A stretch of DNA of 64,000 nt from Octopus sinensis. Taxonomy: Eukaryota. Of this stretch, positions 24,507-38,000 are shown piece after piece. The notes under the pieces were generated by a model. That model was not told the origin of the DNA and did no database searches. It saw only the letters and a program-made list of their open reading frames with translations. The stretch covers positions 19,406,001-19,470,000 of the forward strand of contig NC_043016.1 of assembly GCF_006345805.1 (NCBI RefSeq). The letters run 5' to 3'. The translations under genes and the position numbers were made by a program. Numbering within the stretch: the first letter of the stretch is position 1; every line of letters begins with the position of its first letter.

Positions 24507-25097
24507 CACTTCATAAGGCAGAAGCATCCAGAGATTTTTAGGATATAAAATTTGTGGAACGTTAGGCCTTCGAACGAACAAACAGCAACTGAGTGGACGT
24601 ACAGAGTAAACAATCGACGGAGACAAACATTAAGGACCGTTAGGCCAAGACGCATTGTAATGGGTGACGCCTGAGATAAATTTTTGAAGGATATAGTATA
24701 AATAGAAAAGAAGAAAATAGTAGAAGAGAAAAAAATGTCAGGAGGCGAAAAAAATGACGTCCAGCTAGATAGACGTCGCATTAAAAAAAAAAACAGGTAA
24801 GAGAAATGGCCCGTATTCACATGTGAGCAAACAGGCAGAGGGGAAGGTGGATAAGAGAGTGGATGAGGGGAAGAGAGAAGGAACGAAAGATAGTAGAGAG
24901 TTGAAGAAAGACAGGGGAGAGCAAAGGAGTAGGGAGAACGGAAAATAAAGTGGATTATAGAGGGATAGAGAGAAAAAATGAAAACTAAGTTTAGAGTCTA
25001 AGCAATTATGAATAATTGTAAGAACTTACAAGGCTGTGTGGCGTTTTACACACACACACACACATATACATATATACATACATACATACATGCATAC

Positions 25098-25153
<56 letters not shown>

Positions 25154-25506
25154 ATAATGTATGAATTCTGAATCAACTGTAAGAGTCTTCTTCGACTGAT
25201 GTAAACTGAAAAAAATGACATATGCAGCATAAAGGGGAACAACTTATGAGAAAAGAACTCCCTCACCTAATAATACGTTAAGGGGAACAACTTTTATAAG
25301 TTTTAGAGTTGTGTGTCGACACTATTACTACTTGAAACCTCAATGATCAAAAGATTATTCTTTTGTTTAATGAATATGCAATATGATTATCAGAAAGCAA
25401 AGAGATATCGGGTTTCATTCCCACTTCGAAGGGAGTCTTCTGCTGCATACCCGGGCCAACCAAAGCATTGTCAGTGGATTTGGTAGACAGAAACTGAAAG
25501 AAGCAT

Positions 25507-25558
<52 letters not shown>

Positions 25559-25564
25559 TTTGCC

Positions 25565-26088
25565 CCGTCAGTAAACGAGGCAAAAATCTTGCTGCAGCTC
25601 TTTTCACTTACAATTCCTCACGCAAAATTCGTGGCAGGAGCTTCATGACACACCAGTCATATCAACAAGTTCGTCAATTATACGGTGACAGCGCTCCAAG
25701 ATCAGTTCATGATATTTCGTGATGTTTTCATTCGTTCAGGAGGTTGACGGTCGTCCTGAACAAGATTGGTCTTCAAGCGACAAGTGACCAGTCGTAACCT
25801 TGTGTTTGGATCATGGCAGCGTCTTTGTAAGCTATTTGAAACATGGAAATTATTTCAGCCACTGTTTTCTCCAGCAGAAAACAGAATTTCTCAGAAGCAC
25901 ACTGTTCTTTCGTTTCAGTCATCGAACAGGTGAAAAGCGCTGAAAAAACAAAGGCGCACCACGTGACAGTACAACTTCACCGGACGACAGACTTATGCCT
26001 GAGTGTCGAATCTAGCGGCGGAAGCCTGAACTACAACGGATTTGTACCACAGAGAACGTTTTCGGTTACTTTTAGGTAACCCCTCGTG
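25565..26088 (-). mobile_element. Mariner 5' fragment
   Basis: CACGAGGGGTTACCTAAAAAGTAACCG terminus; relic DQSCSGRPSTS...ILREEL*VKRAAARFLPRLLT. Confidence 0.8.
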
Positions 26089-28254
26089 TGTATATATAAA
26101 AATACAGTAAGATATAATGATAAATATATTATTATAATGATTGACAAAATACGGCAGATACTGCATTCACCTCAATAGACGTCATTGATTGGTTGAAATT
26201 GCCGAAATGCAAGAAATTAAACAACAAATAGCTTACAAACTACAGAATTTTCTCAAGAAAGCCAAGAGAAAAAGATGTTTTATGTAACACACTACCAGTA
26301 TACGAAGTTTAAAAGTGTTTAGTTACAAAGAAATTATTTAAAAAAATCTGCCGGTCAAAGTCAAAAGATCCTTATGATATACTAAATACATTATAATGTA
26401 GGAATTAAAAATCAAAAAGGTAAAATACATAAATAAGGGTGCAAGTAGTACCTGAAACTGCTAGGAATAGGAGCTAAAAAATATAACTCGAATATCCACA
26501 CAAAATCACTTACCTCATGAGATGTTCAGGGACTGCGAGCGACAAGCCACATCTTTCTCCAACGAGATAAAACTCACAGAATGAAATAGTTTGATAACAT
26601 CCTATCACGTGATATATATGTATAAGCAATAAATTAAAAAGAGAAATACAATCGACAATCTAAAAATTTACAAAGGATTATATATATAATCCTTTGTGTC
26701 TCTGTTCCCAATGCATTCTCAAGCGGCTCAACCAAACCAAATCAAATTTTACATGGTAATACTATGAGACCCCAGGAGTGTCAGCATATACCTTTTGGGG
26801 ATTAAAACAATGCAATATTGCCACTGTTCCCGCATTACATCTCGAAACTCGAAGAATAAAAGTGAAACTTTCAACGGAGTAAGTTATAGTTTCATTTTTA
26901 TATTGCTTCACTTTGTATTGTTTCACTTTTAATAGTAGTTGAATAATGTTCTTAACGTAGCTTTTTTTGTCGCAGTCGACATCTTCCAGGCAGTCTCACT
27001 AATTCAGTTTTAATCGAAATCAAATTTAGTTTGTTCTTTTTTAACTATGTTTGACTAGTAATATGCTACATAAAAGACATAAAATACTTAAAATTTAGTG
27101 CAGTACAATAAAATTTAAGAGAAAAAATGTATAGACCAAACTGGTTGACTGACATATAGTAACGCCGACATCGACACTTTGAATCCACACCATTCTTTTA
27201 CTTTTAATTAAGAATTATTTTATTGATATTAATATGAAAGAGAAATGTTAAAGGAATATATTGGTAAAGGTTTCGTAAAATTTTATCCAGTAGAAAAAAA
27301 GATATTTAATTTTTTTTCTCAAATTTTTATCAATTTTTGCGTGATATTAAAGGGACACTACTCAGACATAACTTCAGATTTCTTCCCCTAGCCACATTTT
27401 GATGATCATAACTTGATATCATTTAATGAAATTTTCTACGAACGTGTGATATATCATGTAGATTCCAAACATACAGAATTTTGTGGGGAAAGTGTTTTAG
27501 GAAGGCTGGGCTGGGGAATTTCGGAAAATTCACCGGAATCCACAATTCGTTATAACTTTCAAGAAAATTGATATTTTTTTAATGAAATCCTCTACAAATA
27601 TACCTCGGACTATACAGATTCCAAAGACATAGAAATTTTGGGGCAAAATAATTGAGGGTTATTTTTGAGAACTGTTCCCCACTCGGGGGTATTTCGGAAC
27701 AAGTCGTCCAATGTGAATAAGTCCGGATAAAAATTACAACTAAAAAAATTACATATTTTTTAATTGGATTTCATATCTGTTTTTATTCCTTTTAGTCGTA
27801 ATTTTTATCCGAACATATTCAAATTTTTTTAATTTTTTTCATTTGTATGTTTTAGTCGTATCGTATCTTTTGGTCGTATTTCATATCTGCTTTTATTCCT
27901 TATATTTTTTATGTCTTAAATTTATAAGGTTCATGAAGTTATTTATTTACTTATTCATACTTATATACTTGTAATTTATTTTGACAAACATAGTGATATA
28001 TAAAGAGTAGTTATATTTATAAATGTGGGGAGAGTAGACCTGACGATTGGGAGTGCGTAAACATAATGAGTTTTGGAATGAGACTTTGTGTCTTAACAAT
28101 ATCATACGTACCCTCATGAAACATGTGTAGTCCGTAATATGAAAATTTGGGGATTATGAATATAAATTTTGATATATATATATGTGTGTGTATGTATAGA
28201 TGCATATGTATATATGTATGTATATATGTATATATATATGTATATATATATATA

Positions 28255-28460
28255 TAGTGTGTTTCTCCGTCCGGGTTGCAGATCTGTGGAATAAGCTGCC
28301 AGACGAGATGGTGAAGATGCCGACGACCGCTCGGTTCAAAGTCTCCCTTGACCTCAAGTGGCCTGAACTCTTTACATGAACACCACCCTGTACATAACTC
28401 CATGTCCCCCTACATGGCCTTGCTTTTTGCTTTTTGAGCCAAAATATTAACTAACTAACA
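28255..28460 (+). mobile_element. CR1-like LINE 3' end
   Basis: FSVRVADLWNKLP motif followed by 3' UTR; similar 3' end at ~59070-59500. Confidence 0.7.
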
Positions 28461-28752
28461 TCTTTGATTTATAAACAATTCATATCCATGTATACAAGTC
28501 TCTTTGGGGTTTTGGTTCAAAAGACAAACAAAATTCCATGTAAAAGGACTGCCAGATTGCAAAATACCAATTCAAAATACTTATGTCTAGGAACATGAGC
28601 ATTAACTATTCAAATACAGAACAAAAATAACAGACAAAATAATGGAGTAAAGAAAATCTACATCTTTCAAAATGTTTCTATATATCTCCAATGATATCAA
28701 CTGAAATGCATTAAAGTTGAAAACAATCACTGGCTATTTTGATAATATTTTA

Positions 28753-29013
28753 TACTAGCACTATGACCCGGCAACGCCGAGTATCAAGTTTCGGGCATTT
28801 TGATTGGGCTTTGGATAGAAAATTCACCAAAAATCACTTCTATTGATTTTTTAATGGCTTTGCGGGGTGACTGGGGGAATGTAAAGATGTGCACGACCAC
28901 CTTCGGACGGTTTTGAATGACCATAGAAAGTGGGAGCCCTCTAACTGAAAAATTGTGGATTTGTATAAAGGAGACAGACACACAGACATTTTGCCGTTTA
29001 TATATAGAGAGAT
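28753..29013 (+). mobile_element. Non-autonomous Helitron-like element; second copy 47681-48032
   Basis: TACTAGCACTATGACCCGGC 5' end and ACAGACA...TTTATATATAGAGAGAT 3' end in both copies; no TIR or TSD. Confidence 0.6.
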
Positions 29014-30044
29014 AACAATATATAAATAAATAATAATAACAATACATAAATATAGGCGCAGGAGTGGCTGTGTGGTAAGTAGCTTGCTTACCAACCACAT
29101 GGTTCCGGGTTCAGTCCCACTGCGTGGCACCATAGGCAAGTGTCTTCTGCTATAGCCTTGGGCCTATCAAAGCCTGTGAGTGGATTTAGTAGACGAAAAC
29201 TGGAAGAAGCCTGAAGCCCATTGTATATATGTTGCTCTCCCAGAACTGAGTGATGTTGCTGAAGAAATCATCTTCCTCATCCTCATAGCTGGTGGTGCTG
29301 CAGTCCTCCTCATTGGTTTCCATGGCATTCGTTACTCTGCTAACCTGGCTGTTATTATTTTAGTCATAGGACCTGGGAATAACATAGATAAAAACTGCAT
29401 AGTGGAGCAGACAAGATGTTAGCATCACTCTGTCAGTATTCTGCAGAATGGTATCTTCAGTGACATCAGTTCTTTACATTGGATCCTGCATGTGATGGGG
29501 CAGACAAGGTGTTGGCATCAATTAACCAATTAGTCGTCATTCTGAAGGATTTGGTATTTTAACAACAACAGTTATTACATGGGTAGAGGAGGAACCAATT
29601 TAATGATGTCAGGTTACTAATGAATTTGTGTGATCAACATAAGTTGGCTGTAATTTCTACAGGTAAAAGGAATTGCATTCTCTGCCATTGTATGTAGGCA
29701 TGCTAGGCTTGGGGTGGTATATCCAAGTTAGCAACAGCCTAAGGCTTTAAGATCATTAATAAGGCACACATCAGGTGGTAACAATATGATATGCTGCTTT
29801 AAGGAAGTGAACTGGCAGAATCATTAGCATGCTGGGCAAGAAACTTAGCAGCATTTTTGTGAGTCTTTATATTCTGAGTTCAAATAACACAAAGTGCTAG
29901 TGGAGTACTGAAATCAATTTTGAAGCCAATATCACAGACTGCTTTTTTCTAGTGATAAATATTCCACCATCCTGCTGCATCCATCAATAGGGAAAATGAC
30001 TTATTTTGTTGATGCCTTTGATCACTTTCAGCAGATGGCTAGAG

Positions 30045-30145
30045 CTAGGATTAGGGATAATGTTTAATGAAAGGGTTAGGGTTTAGTGTTAAGGTTAGGG
30101 TATAGAGTTAGGGTTAGGGCTTAGGCTTAGGGGTTAAGTTAATGT
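30045..30145 (+). repeat. Degenerate interstitial (TTAGGG)n
   Basis: AGGGTTAGGGTTTAGTGTTAAGGTTAGGG...GTTAGGGTTAGGGCTTAGG. Confidence 0.7.
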
Positions 30146-32089
30146 TAAGGCTGAGCTCTCAGAAGAATCTTACACTATGATCTTTCAGGTATAATCATCC
30201 ATCTCCCACCACACCTTATCTTTTAATTGTCTTGGGAGAACGTCTAGTGATGCAATTACCTGAAGAGCTTAATAAGAGAATCAAATAGGATTTCTGTATT
30301 TTGGCATCTACACAAGCATGTCTTCTTGAATTAGAACCTTCATTTTTTAAAAATTTTTATAAAGATCATTATTGGCAAGCTGTATATATTTGACTTTGTT
30401 ATATAGGTATGAAACATGAATGTTCTATAGAAAACAAATCAGAACATTGGAAGCCTTCTCTGTTTACTGTCTGCATTGTAACCTTGGAATCACTTGGAAG
30501 TAGCAAATTCCTCATACGGAAATTCTCAGACATGCATAATCCATCAACATCAAAACAATGATCATGAAGCACATCTTCTGCTGGATTGTGCACATAATAT
30601 ATATGGAGGGCTAAGGTGGCAGAATCATTAGCATGCAAGGCAAAATGCTTAGCAGCATTTCATCTGTCACCTAATTCTGAGTTCAAATTCCACCAAGGGC
30701 AAATTTACCTTTCATCCATTCAGGGCTCATAAAATAAGTACCAGTTGAACACTGGGATTGATGTAATCGACTTAAAATTGCTGGCCTTATGCTAAAATTT
30801 GTGGAGGCACATGGCCTAGTGGTTGGAGCAGCGGACTCTCGGTCAAGGGATCGCAGGTTCGAATCTCAGACCGGGCAATGTGTGTGTTTATGAGCGAAAC
30901 ACCTAAGCTCCACGTGACTCCAGCAGAAGATAATAGCGAAACTTCTGCTGACTCTTTCGCCACAACTTTCTCTCACTCTTTCCTCATGCATCTTGCAGCG
31001 CACCTGCGATGGACCGGCGTCCCATCCAGGCGAGGAACCTATACGCCAAGGAAACCAGCCCTAATGAGCCAGGCTTGAGATGGAACAAACAACAACAACA
31101 TGCTAAAATTTGAAACCAATATATATGGATGGGTCCAATCCACCAAGAATAGCTCACCATAATGAGCTAAGAAAGGACATCCAAGATCAGGTTGTCTAAT
31201 GTGTCCTCTCTTTTTAATATCATGGATTGTGTGCTATTATTTATAGCATATTGAGAGCTACTCTTCTACTAGTATTAGTCTTTGAACTGCGCCTGTTTTG
31301 GAATATCATCATCAAGAATTTTTAGTTAATTGCATTGACAATAATACTTGTCAGGTTAGTATTTATAATAAGGCGGCGAGCTGGCTGAAACATTAGCACG
31401 CCAGATGAAATACTTAGTGGTATTTCGTCTGCCATTACGTTCTGAGTTCAAATTCCACTGAGGTCGACTTTGCCTTTCATTCTTTCGGGGTCGATTAAAT
31501 AAGTACCAGTTACGTATTGTGGTCAATATAATCAACTTAATCTGTTTGTCTGTCCTTGTTTGTCTCCTCTGTGTTTAGCCCCCTTATGGGTAGTAAAGAA
31601 ATAAGTATTTATTTACTTTATTGATCTCTATTTGCTGAAATGCCAAGTAATGGGACATAAAGACAAGCTTGTTGCATTATGTAGAAATTGCTAGTATTTG
31701 CTATCTGTTTAGGCATTTAGCTAAAATTTTGTTTATTTTAGAAATTCTCCCATGTTTACAACTATCATGTTTCACGGTTTATTTTGTTGAGCACTGCCAG
31801 CTGTGCTTCACAATTTTTGATTCAAATTATAAAAGAGGTTTGGTTTAAACAAGGCTTTCTTTTTAATCTATAACCAATCACAATGCATTGCCATTGAGTA
31901 CATAACATCACTTCTTTTTCTTCAGCCAGATGATGGGATATATATGGTTTCCATCTAAAGGAATTTTACATTGATTTATTTTATAAACATTATTATGAGT
32001 TTAAATACATTTGGGGTATATTTGACCCGTGCAAAGGCCATTTTCACAGGTGTTTGCCATTGTGAAGAATTCTTGCTTAAGGTAATCAT

Positions 32090-33240
32090 CTTCATCATCA
32101 TTGTTTAACATCCGCTTTCCATACTGGCATAAGCTGGATGGTTTGATTGAGGACTGGTAAACTAGAAGGCTGCACCAGGCTCCAGTCTGATCTGGCAGTG
32201 TTTCTACAGCTGAATGCCCTTCCTAATGCCAACCACTCCAAGAGTGTAGTGGGTACTTTTTAATGTCACTGGCACAAGGGCTAGTCAGGCGGTACTAGCA
32301 TCGACCATGTTTCCTATGTCCAACTTTTCTCTCAGAGTGCTTACATTCTATTGTGTATGCACACTGACATTTCACACCCATTGGAGAACACTAGCTTCAT
32401 TTCTTGCAAGCTTAAACATGTCCGCGGCCCATGTTTCACAGCCGTGTAACATAGCTGTTTGCACATATGTGTCATACCGTCTCCCTTTCACTCTGAGTGC
32501 GAGATCCTTTGTTACCAGCAGAGGTAGGAGCTCTCTGAACTTTGCCTAGGCTATTCTTATTCTAGCAACTACACTCTCAGAGCATCTGCCTCAGTCACTG
32601 ACTTGGTCACCTAGGTAACAGAAGCTATCAACCACTTCCAAATTTTCCTCCTGACATGTGACTGAAGCTGTTTTCTACACATTTTCAGTGTTTATTGCCC
32701 CTGTGCATTTGCCACACATAAAAACTAACTTCCCAGTTAGTCTTCCTTTGATATTGCTGCATCTCTTATGTGTCCATAGCTTACACATCTTATGAATTTT
32801 CTACCTATGCCTTTTCTACAGATCGATCAGGGCCATCTATCTGAAGGGATTTGTGATTCGTCTGCCTTCCTACTTACTAAGACTGGTTTTTGTAGATTGA
32901 CTCTAAGGCTCTTCGATTCTATACCTTGCTTCCACACCTGAAACTTCTCCTCTAGTTCTGATATTTGACCAGTTATTAGAGCAAGGTCATCAGCATAGAG
33001 GAGTTCCCGGAGCATCCTGTCTTGAATTCCTTTGTTATTGCTTGGAGGACTATGATGAATAAGAGGGGTCTGAGGACTGAAGCTTGGTGGACCCCTACCC
33101 AGAATTCTTCACTATACTCATTGCCAACCCTCACCTTACTGACAGCATCCCTGTACATGACTTGTACAACTCTCACTAACCACTCATCTATCCTTAGTTT
33201 CCACATTGACCACCAGATTTAAAACACTAAATCATTTCAA
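32090..33240 (-). mobile_element. RTE-type LINE 3' fragment
   Basis: VGVHQASVLRPLLFIIVLQAI...ELLYADDLALI...; 3' UTR ends in (GAT)n. Confidence 0.88.
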
Positions 33241-35223
33241 GATGCCCTTTTGCAGAACAGTGAATGCATTTCTAACTACTTGGCCATCATCAGCCTTGTA
33301 TATCACAAGAGAGACAACTCTGTAATGACCCTGGAAACCTCACTTCCTTATAGGAGATTAGTATCAAACATGAATTGATTTATATGCAATGTTGGCATAG
33401 CATAGTGGATAAAGGCATTGGATGATGCAATGTAGTTACCTAAAGGATCTGAGTTCAATCCCAGGCAAGGCGCTAAGATGAATCACAAAACACCTGATGA
33501 AGGCTGGAGTATACATGGCCAAAACATAGTAAAAGGCGACAATCAATAAGGACACCATCCACAAATATAAACGGTATAGATAACAGGTCAAATATGTTTG
33601 GGACATATTTGACCTATACAAGAGCTGTATTTACAGCACATTGCAGGAAGATCCAAATAGGATTCTGTTTAAAAATGGTAGTGTCTTCTCTCCTTACAAT
33701 AAAACTTAGATATAGAGCCATGTTATAAGCCACACATGTTTGTACATGCAATAGAGGGAAACAGAATAAATATTAGAATAATTTACAATATTATAGTATT
33801 GGACATGTAAGTGTTAGATGGTATTAAAATGTAATAATAAGCAAGTTAAATAATGTTATTATCGACCTCCACGTTCGTGACTTACTGTGGTAGCAACTGA
33901 TGCAAACACATTTGTAAGTATACTTGAATAAATTAACATGCTATGTTCAAGTATAATATACCCTTATATGCAAGGTGTACCACCAAAAGAAAATGTCGGG
34001 AAAATATATTTTGAGTGGCTGTGTGGTAAGTAGCTTGCTTACCAACCACATGGATCTGGGTTCAGTCCCACTGTGTGACACCTTGGGCAAGTGTCTTCAC
34101 CTATAGCCTCGGGCCGACCAAAGCCATGTGAGTGGATCTGACAGACGGAAACTGAAAGATGCCCATCGTATATATGTATATATGTGTGCGTGTGTGTATG
34201 TTTGTGTGTCTATGTTTGTCCCCCCCAACATCGCTTGACAACCGATGCTGGTGTGTTTATGTCCCCGTAACTTGACAGTTCGACAAAAGAGTGTGATAGA
34301 ATAAGTACTAGGCTTACAAAGAATAAGTCCTTGGGTCGATTTGCTCGACTAAAGGCGGTGCTCCGGCATGACAACAGTCAAATGACTGAAACAAGTAAAA
34401 GAGAGTAAAAAGAAAGATATGTACAACAGACTGGTGTTAAAATAATAGTAGTCTTTAATACATATGGAAAAATAAACGCAATTACTTTTGCAGCAAGGTA
34501 TTTCACGAGTATAATACACACTCCTAATTTTAAAGTTTAAAAATCGGAGGTGAAGGGGACACCTTTTATGAATGAATAAAGTTTATCAAAACTCAAAGTA
34601 GCTGAAAATTTAAAAACTATAAAAGACCGCTTGTAACATACATTAATTTTAATATTTACAACCGTTTTCCAACGATTTCATACAATTTACTTAACGCCCC
34701 TGTAAAGAACTCTACATAAACATAGAGGGGTACACACCACAAAGATGAGGTTTCCATCTACCAAATTCTATCACATGCTGAGGATGTGGTAGAAGATACA
34801 TGCGCAATGAGATCGAACCCGAAACGACGAACTTCTTAACTACACATTTATGTCTGTCTGTAAATATATGACTCAGCCAGAATGTAATTGATTCAGTTTC
34901 AAAACATGATCTCAGCTCACTTCAGCCAGAAACAAGTACATCTAAAATTAAATCAGCTCGACCAAAATAATCTTAACAATTAAAATTTATAAACTTGGAC
35001 GTGTGGAGAGACAGCCAATCCACAATTTTCACATTGCTAATAAATAGAATTAAGTATAAAAGAAGTGGTTTTAAACATTAGCCATGAGTCAGTTGTGAAA
35101 AGTATATATGCTAGATTAGAATGCTCGGCTATCATTATCAATTGCTACTATTAAAATACAATATAAGCATGGTAATTATTAAATTATAAATATTATAACT
35201 GTTGCATGTGTTCATTTCGAAGG

Positions 35224-35278
<55 letters not shown>

Positions 35279-36101
35279 TATAATCACTTCAGCTAAATCT
35301 CCTGTACATTCTTATGCTCTTCCTGGCCAGTATGACGGTGTCGTGTGTAAAATAGTATCCTCTCTAAGAAGGATGTAGCACAAGAACGAACTAATTATAA
35401 TGTTTAGGTTGTATTTTGAGAGCTATTTTCCCAAAAAAATGAAACAACAGCTAATTCAAAACATGATTTAATTTAAAGAATTTCGCGTGTATATCTAAAT
35501 ACAAAAAGAATAATAATAATAATAATAATTCTTTCTGTTATAGCCACAAAGCCTGAAATTTAGGGAGGAAGGGGGCTAGACGATTATATCGACCTCACTG
35601 TTCAACTGATGAAAGACAAAGTCGACCTCGGCGGAATTTGAATTCAGAACAATGAGCCAGATGGAATGCAGCTAAGATTTTTGTCCGCCGCGCTAATGAT
35701 TTTGCTAGATCGACCAATAGATAATTAAACCAAGGGAGTTAATTTACATTCGACGACAACTCTTCTATCCGGACTAACAACTACATTGCACCGTCTTCAT
35801 TCAATCATTCTCCTGGTCAATAAATTTGTTGTTTGTTAAGCTATATCATCGTTTCATCTCACACTACAACATTGTCGAACAACAATAAATAATATCAAGA
35901 CGTTACTATCGAGTCCTTTTGGTGACGATCGTTCTAGTACACTCATTTTTTATAGTTTATTATCTCATACGCTGATTGTTATGTAGTAAATTAATTTTTG
36001 AAGCTTTCTTGTGATACGCCCATGTTTCTTGACCTTTGTACAGAGCCCCAAAATTTTCAGTAAGTACCACTCGTTTTACATTATTTTTGCAATAAATTAA
36101 T

Positions 36102-36142
<41 letters not shown>

Positions 36143-37609
36143 TACATACATATACATACATATATGTATGTGTGTGTATGTACGTATATGTATATAATTA
36201 CTAGTATTTATATTTTTTATATTTAACTGAAATATTATAAGAATTTACTTTATTTGAATTTTTCTTATTTGTCGTTATTCTTAATTATCATAACTAATGA
36301 ATCGCTAATGATTGTCATAATTGTTGATTACTGTTATAATTATTGTTGTTTAACACCAGCTCACTCACTCACTGCTGATCCAACAGGCCTAAAGTTGTTG
36401 CAACGTGACCATATTCAGTGTGTATCTAAGACTACATTATCCATTTATGTCTGGGTTTTTTTTTTAAGACAGTGAAATGCAATTTGATGGAAACTTTGGC
36501 CGTTATTTCTAGCATTTCAGTGACTACGTACAGGCATTCTCGTTGGATCTAAATATGGGTGTATGATTATTATTATTATTAAGATCTAATGTTTATAATA
36601 TCAGTTATTGCAATTTTGTGTTTATGTTTTTGTGTTTTGTTTCTGTTATATTACTACTCTGTTGTTACACGTATTAATGTGTGTATACATATCACTTGTT
36701 CGTTGAGTACACAGAACTTCAAAGTCCTTTTGCCAGTTTGTATGGTCGAAATACTTGGGTACTTGCTTGAGGACTTTCCAGATTTGTGTGTGTGAGAGAG
36801 AGGTGGGGAGAGAAAGAGTAAATTACATTAACATTTAATTTCACATACACTGAAGTGTTGACGTTTGGGTTCGTAAATTATAAAGTTACAAACAACAACA
36901 AAGTTTTACTGATAACTCAATACATTTAGTAGATTAAACTATTACATCTTCCTAGTTTCACTTCTTAACCAAACATTAGTTCAATAAGCTGCAAGAATCA
37001 GAACTTCTTGGATACCTCAGTGGTCAAAAATATGTATATAGTTTTTATCTTTTTGATTTATTATCGATCTGGTGGAAATTTGTGCTTATGGTTTTCGTGG
37101 GGCCCCTCCAAGATAGCTGATATCGATAGACTTAATGTACCTCATAAATTAAGTAAACAGTTGCAGAAAAAAAACGGTGAAGGGATCATGTTTGGAAGCT
37201 CGATAATCAGAAGCCCAAGGACTGGGCCTCTTCTTGATGGTGTTTTGGAGTATATTCTAACTAGCCACTAGCAGGGCTGCAAGGTTTTACAGAAGCGACT
37301 TATTTTTTTTGAAAAAGACATTTTTTGTCATATCCATCCACCCTTTAAAGTTTAAGATCTTGCGGGGTTTTCCCCCCACCCTGATATCATGATCATCTGT
37401 TTCATATTCTCTCAGAATCCAGATTCATGCCATAGTTAGATTGAGGCAGATTGGTTCATATACTGTTACCCATACACGCATGAAAAATAAATATGTATTG
37501 CTTGCATAAATGACATAAAAAAAGTTGTTGGAAGGCAGACATCTGAGTCCCTTGGTATATATAAAGAAAAAATAAAGAGTTGGGCAAGACTGCATGCTGG
37601 CTCTTGTAT

Positions 37610-38000
37610 TCATCATCATCGTTTAACGTCCGCTTTCCATGCTTGCATGGGTTGGAAGATTTTGACAGAGCTGGCGAACCAGATGGCTGCACCTGGCTCC
37701 AATCTTGATCTGGCAGAGTTTCTACAGCTGGATGCCCTTCCTAACGCCAACCACTCCGAGAGTGTAGTGGGTGCTTTTTACATGCCACTGGCATGGGGGC
37801 CAGTCAGGCAGTACTGGCAATGACCTTGCTCAAATCTTTTTACACGTGCCACCAGCACAGGTGCCAGTGAAGCGACGCTGGTAGCGATCACGCTCGAATG
37901 GTGCCCTTTTACGTGCCACAGGTACGGAAGCCAGTTGGCTGCTCCGGCAACGATCACACTCAGATGGTGCTCTTAGCACCCTACTAGCACAGGCACAAGT
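37610..38000 (-). mobile_element. RTE 3'-UTR-derived short repeat
   Basis: CATCATCGTTTAACGTCCGCTTTCCATGC...CTGGATGCCCTTCCTAACGCC. Other copies at ~39060-39460, 40240-40585, 40930-41080, 41450-42030, 42100-42765, 55730-56010, 56480, 61910 and 62960-63290. Confidence 0.85.

Noticed and set aside
30800-30880. Possible tRNA gene (also 3920-3985, 23290-23360 and 44480-44530)
   Set aside because: A/B boxes are present but the cloverleaf is incomplete and the sequence runs into a SINE body or is a fragment; these are SINE heads.
37270-37385. CAGGG...CCCTG hAT-MITE candidate
   Set aside because: Only 5 bp of inverted match and no TSD.
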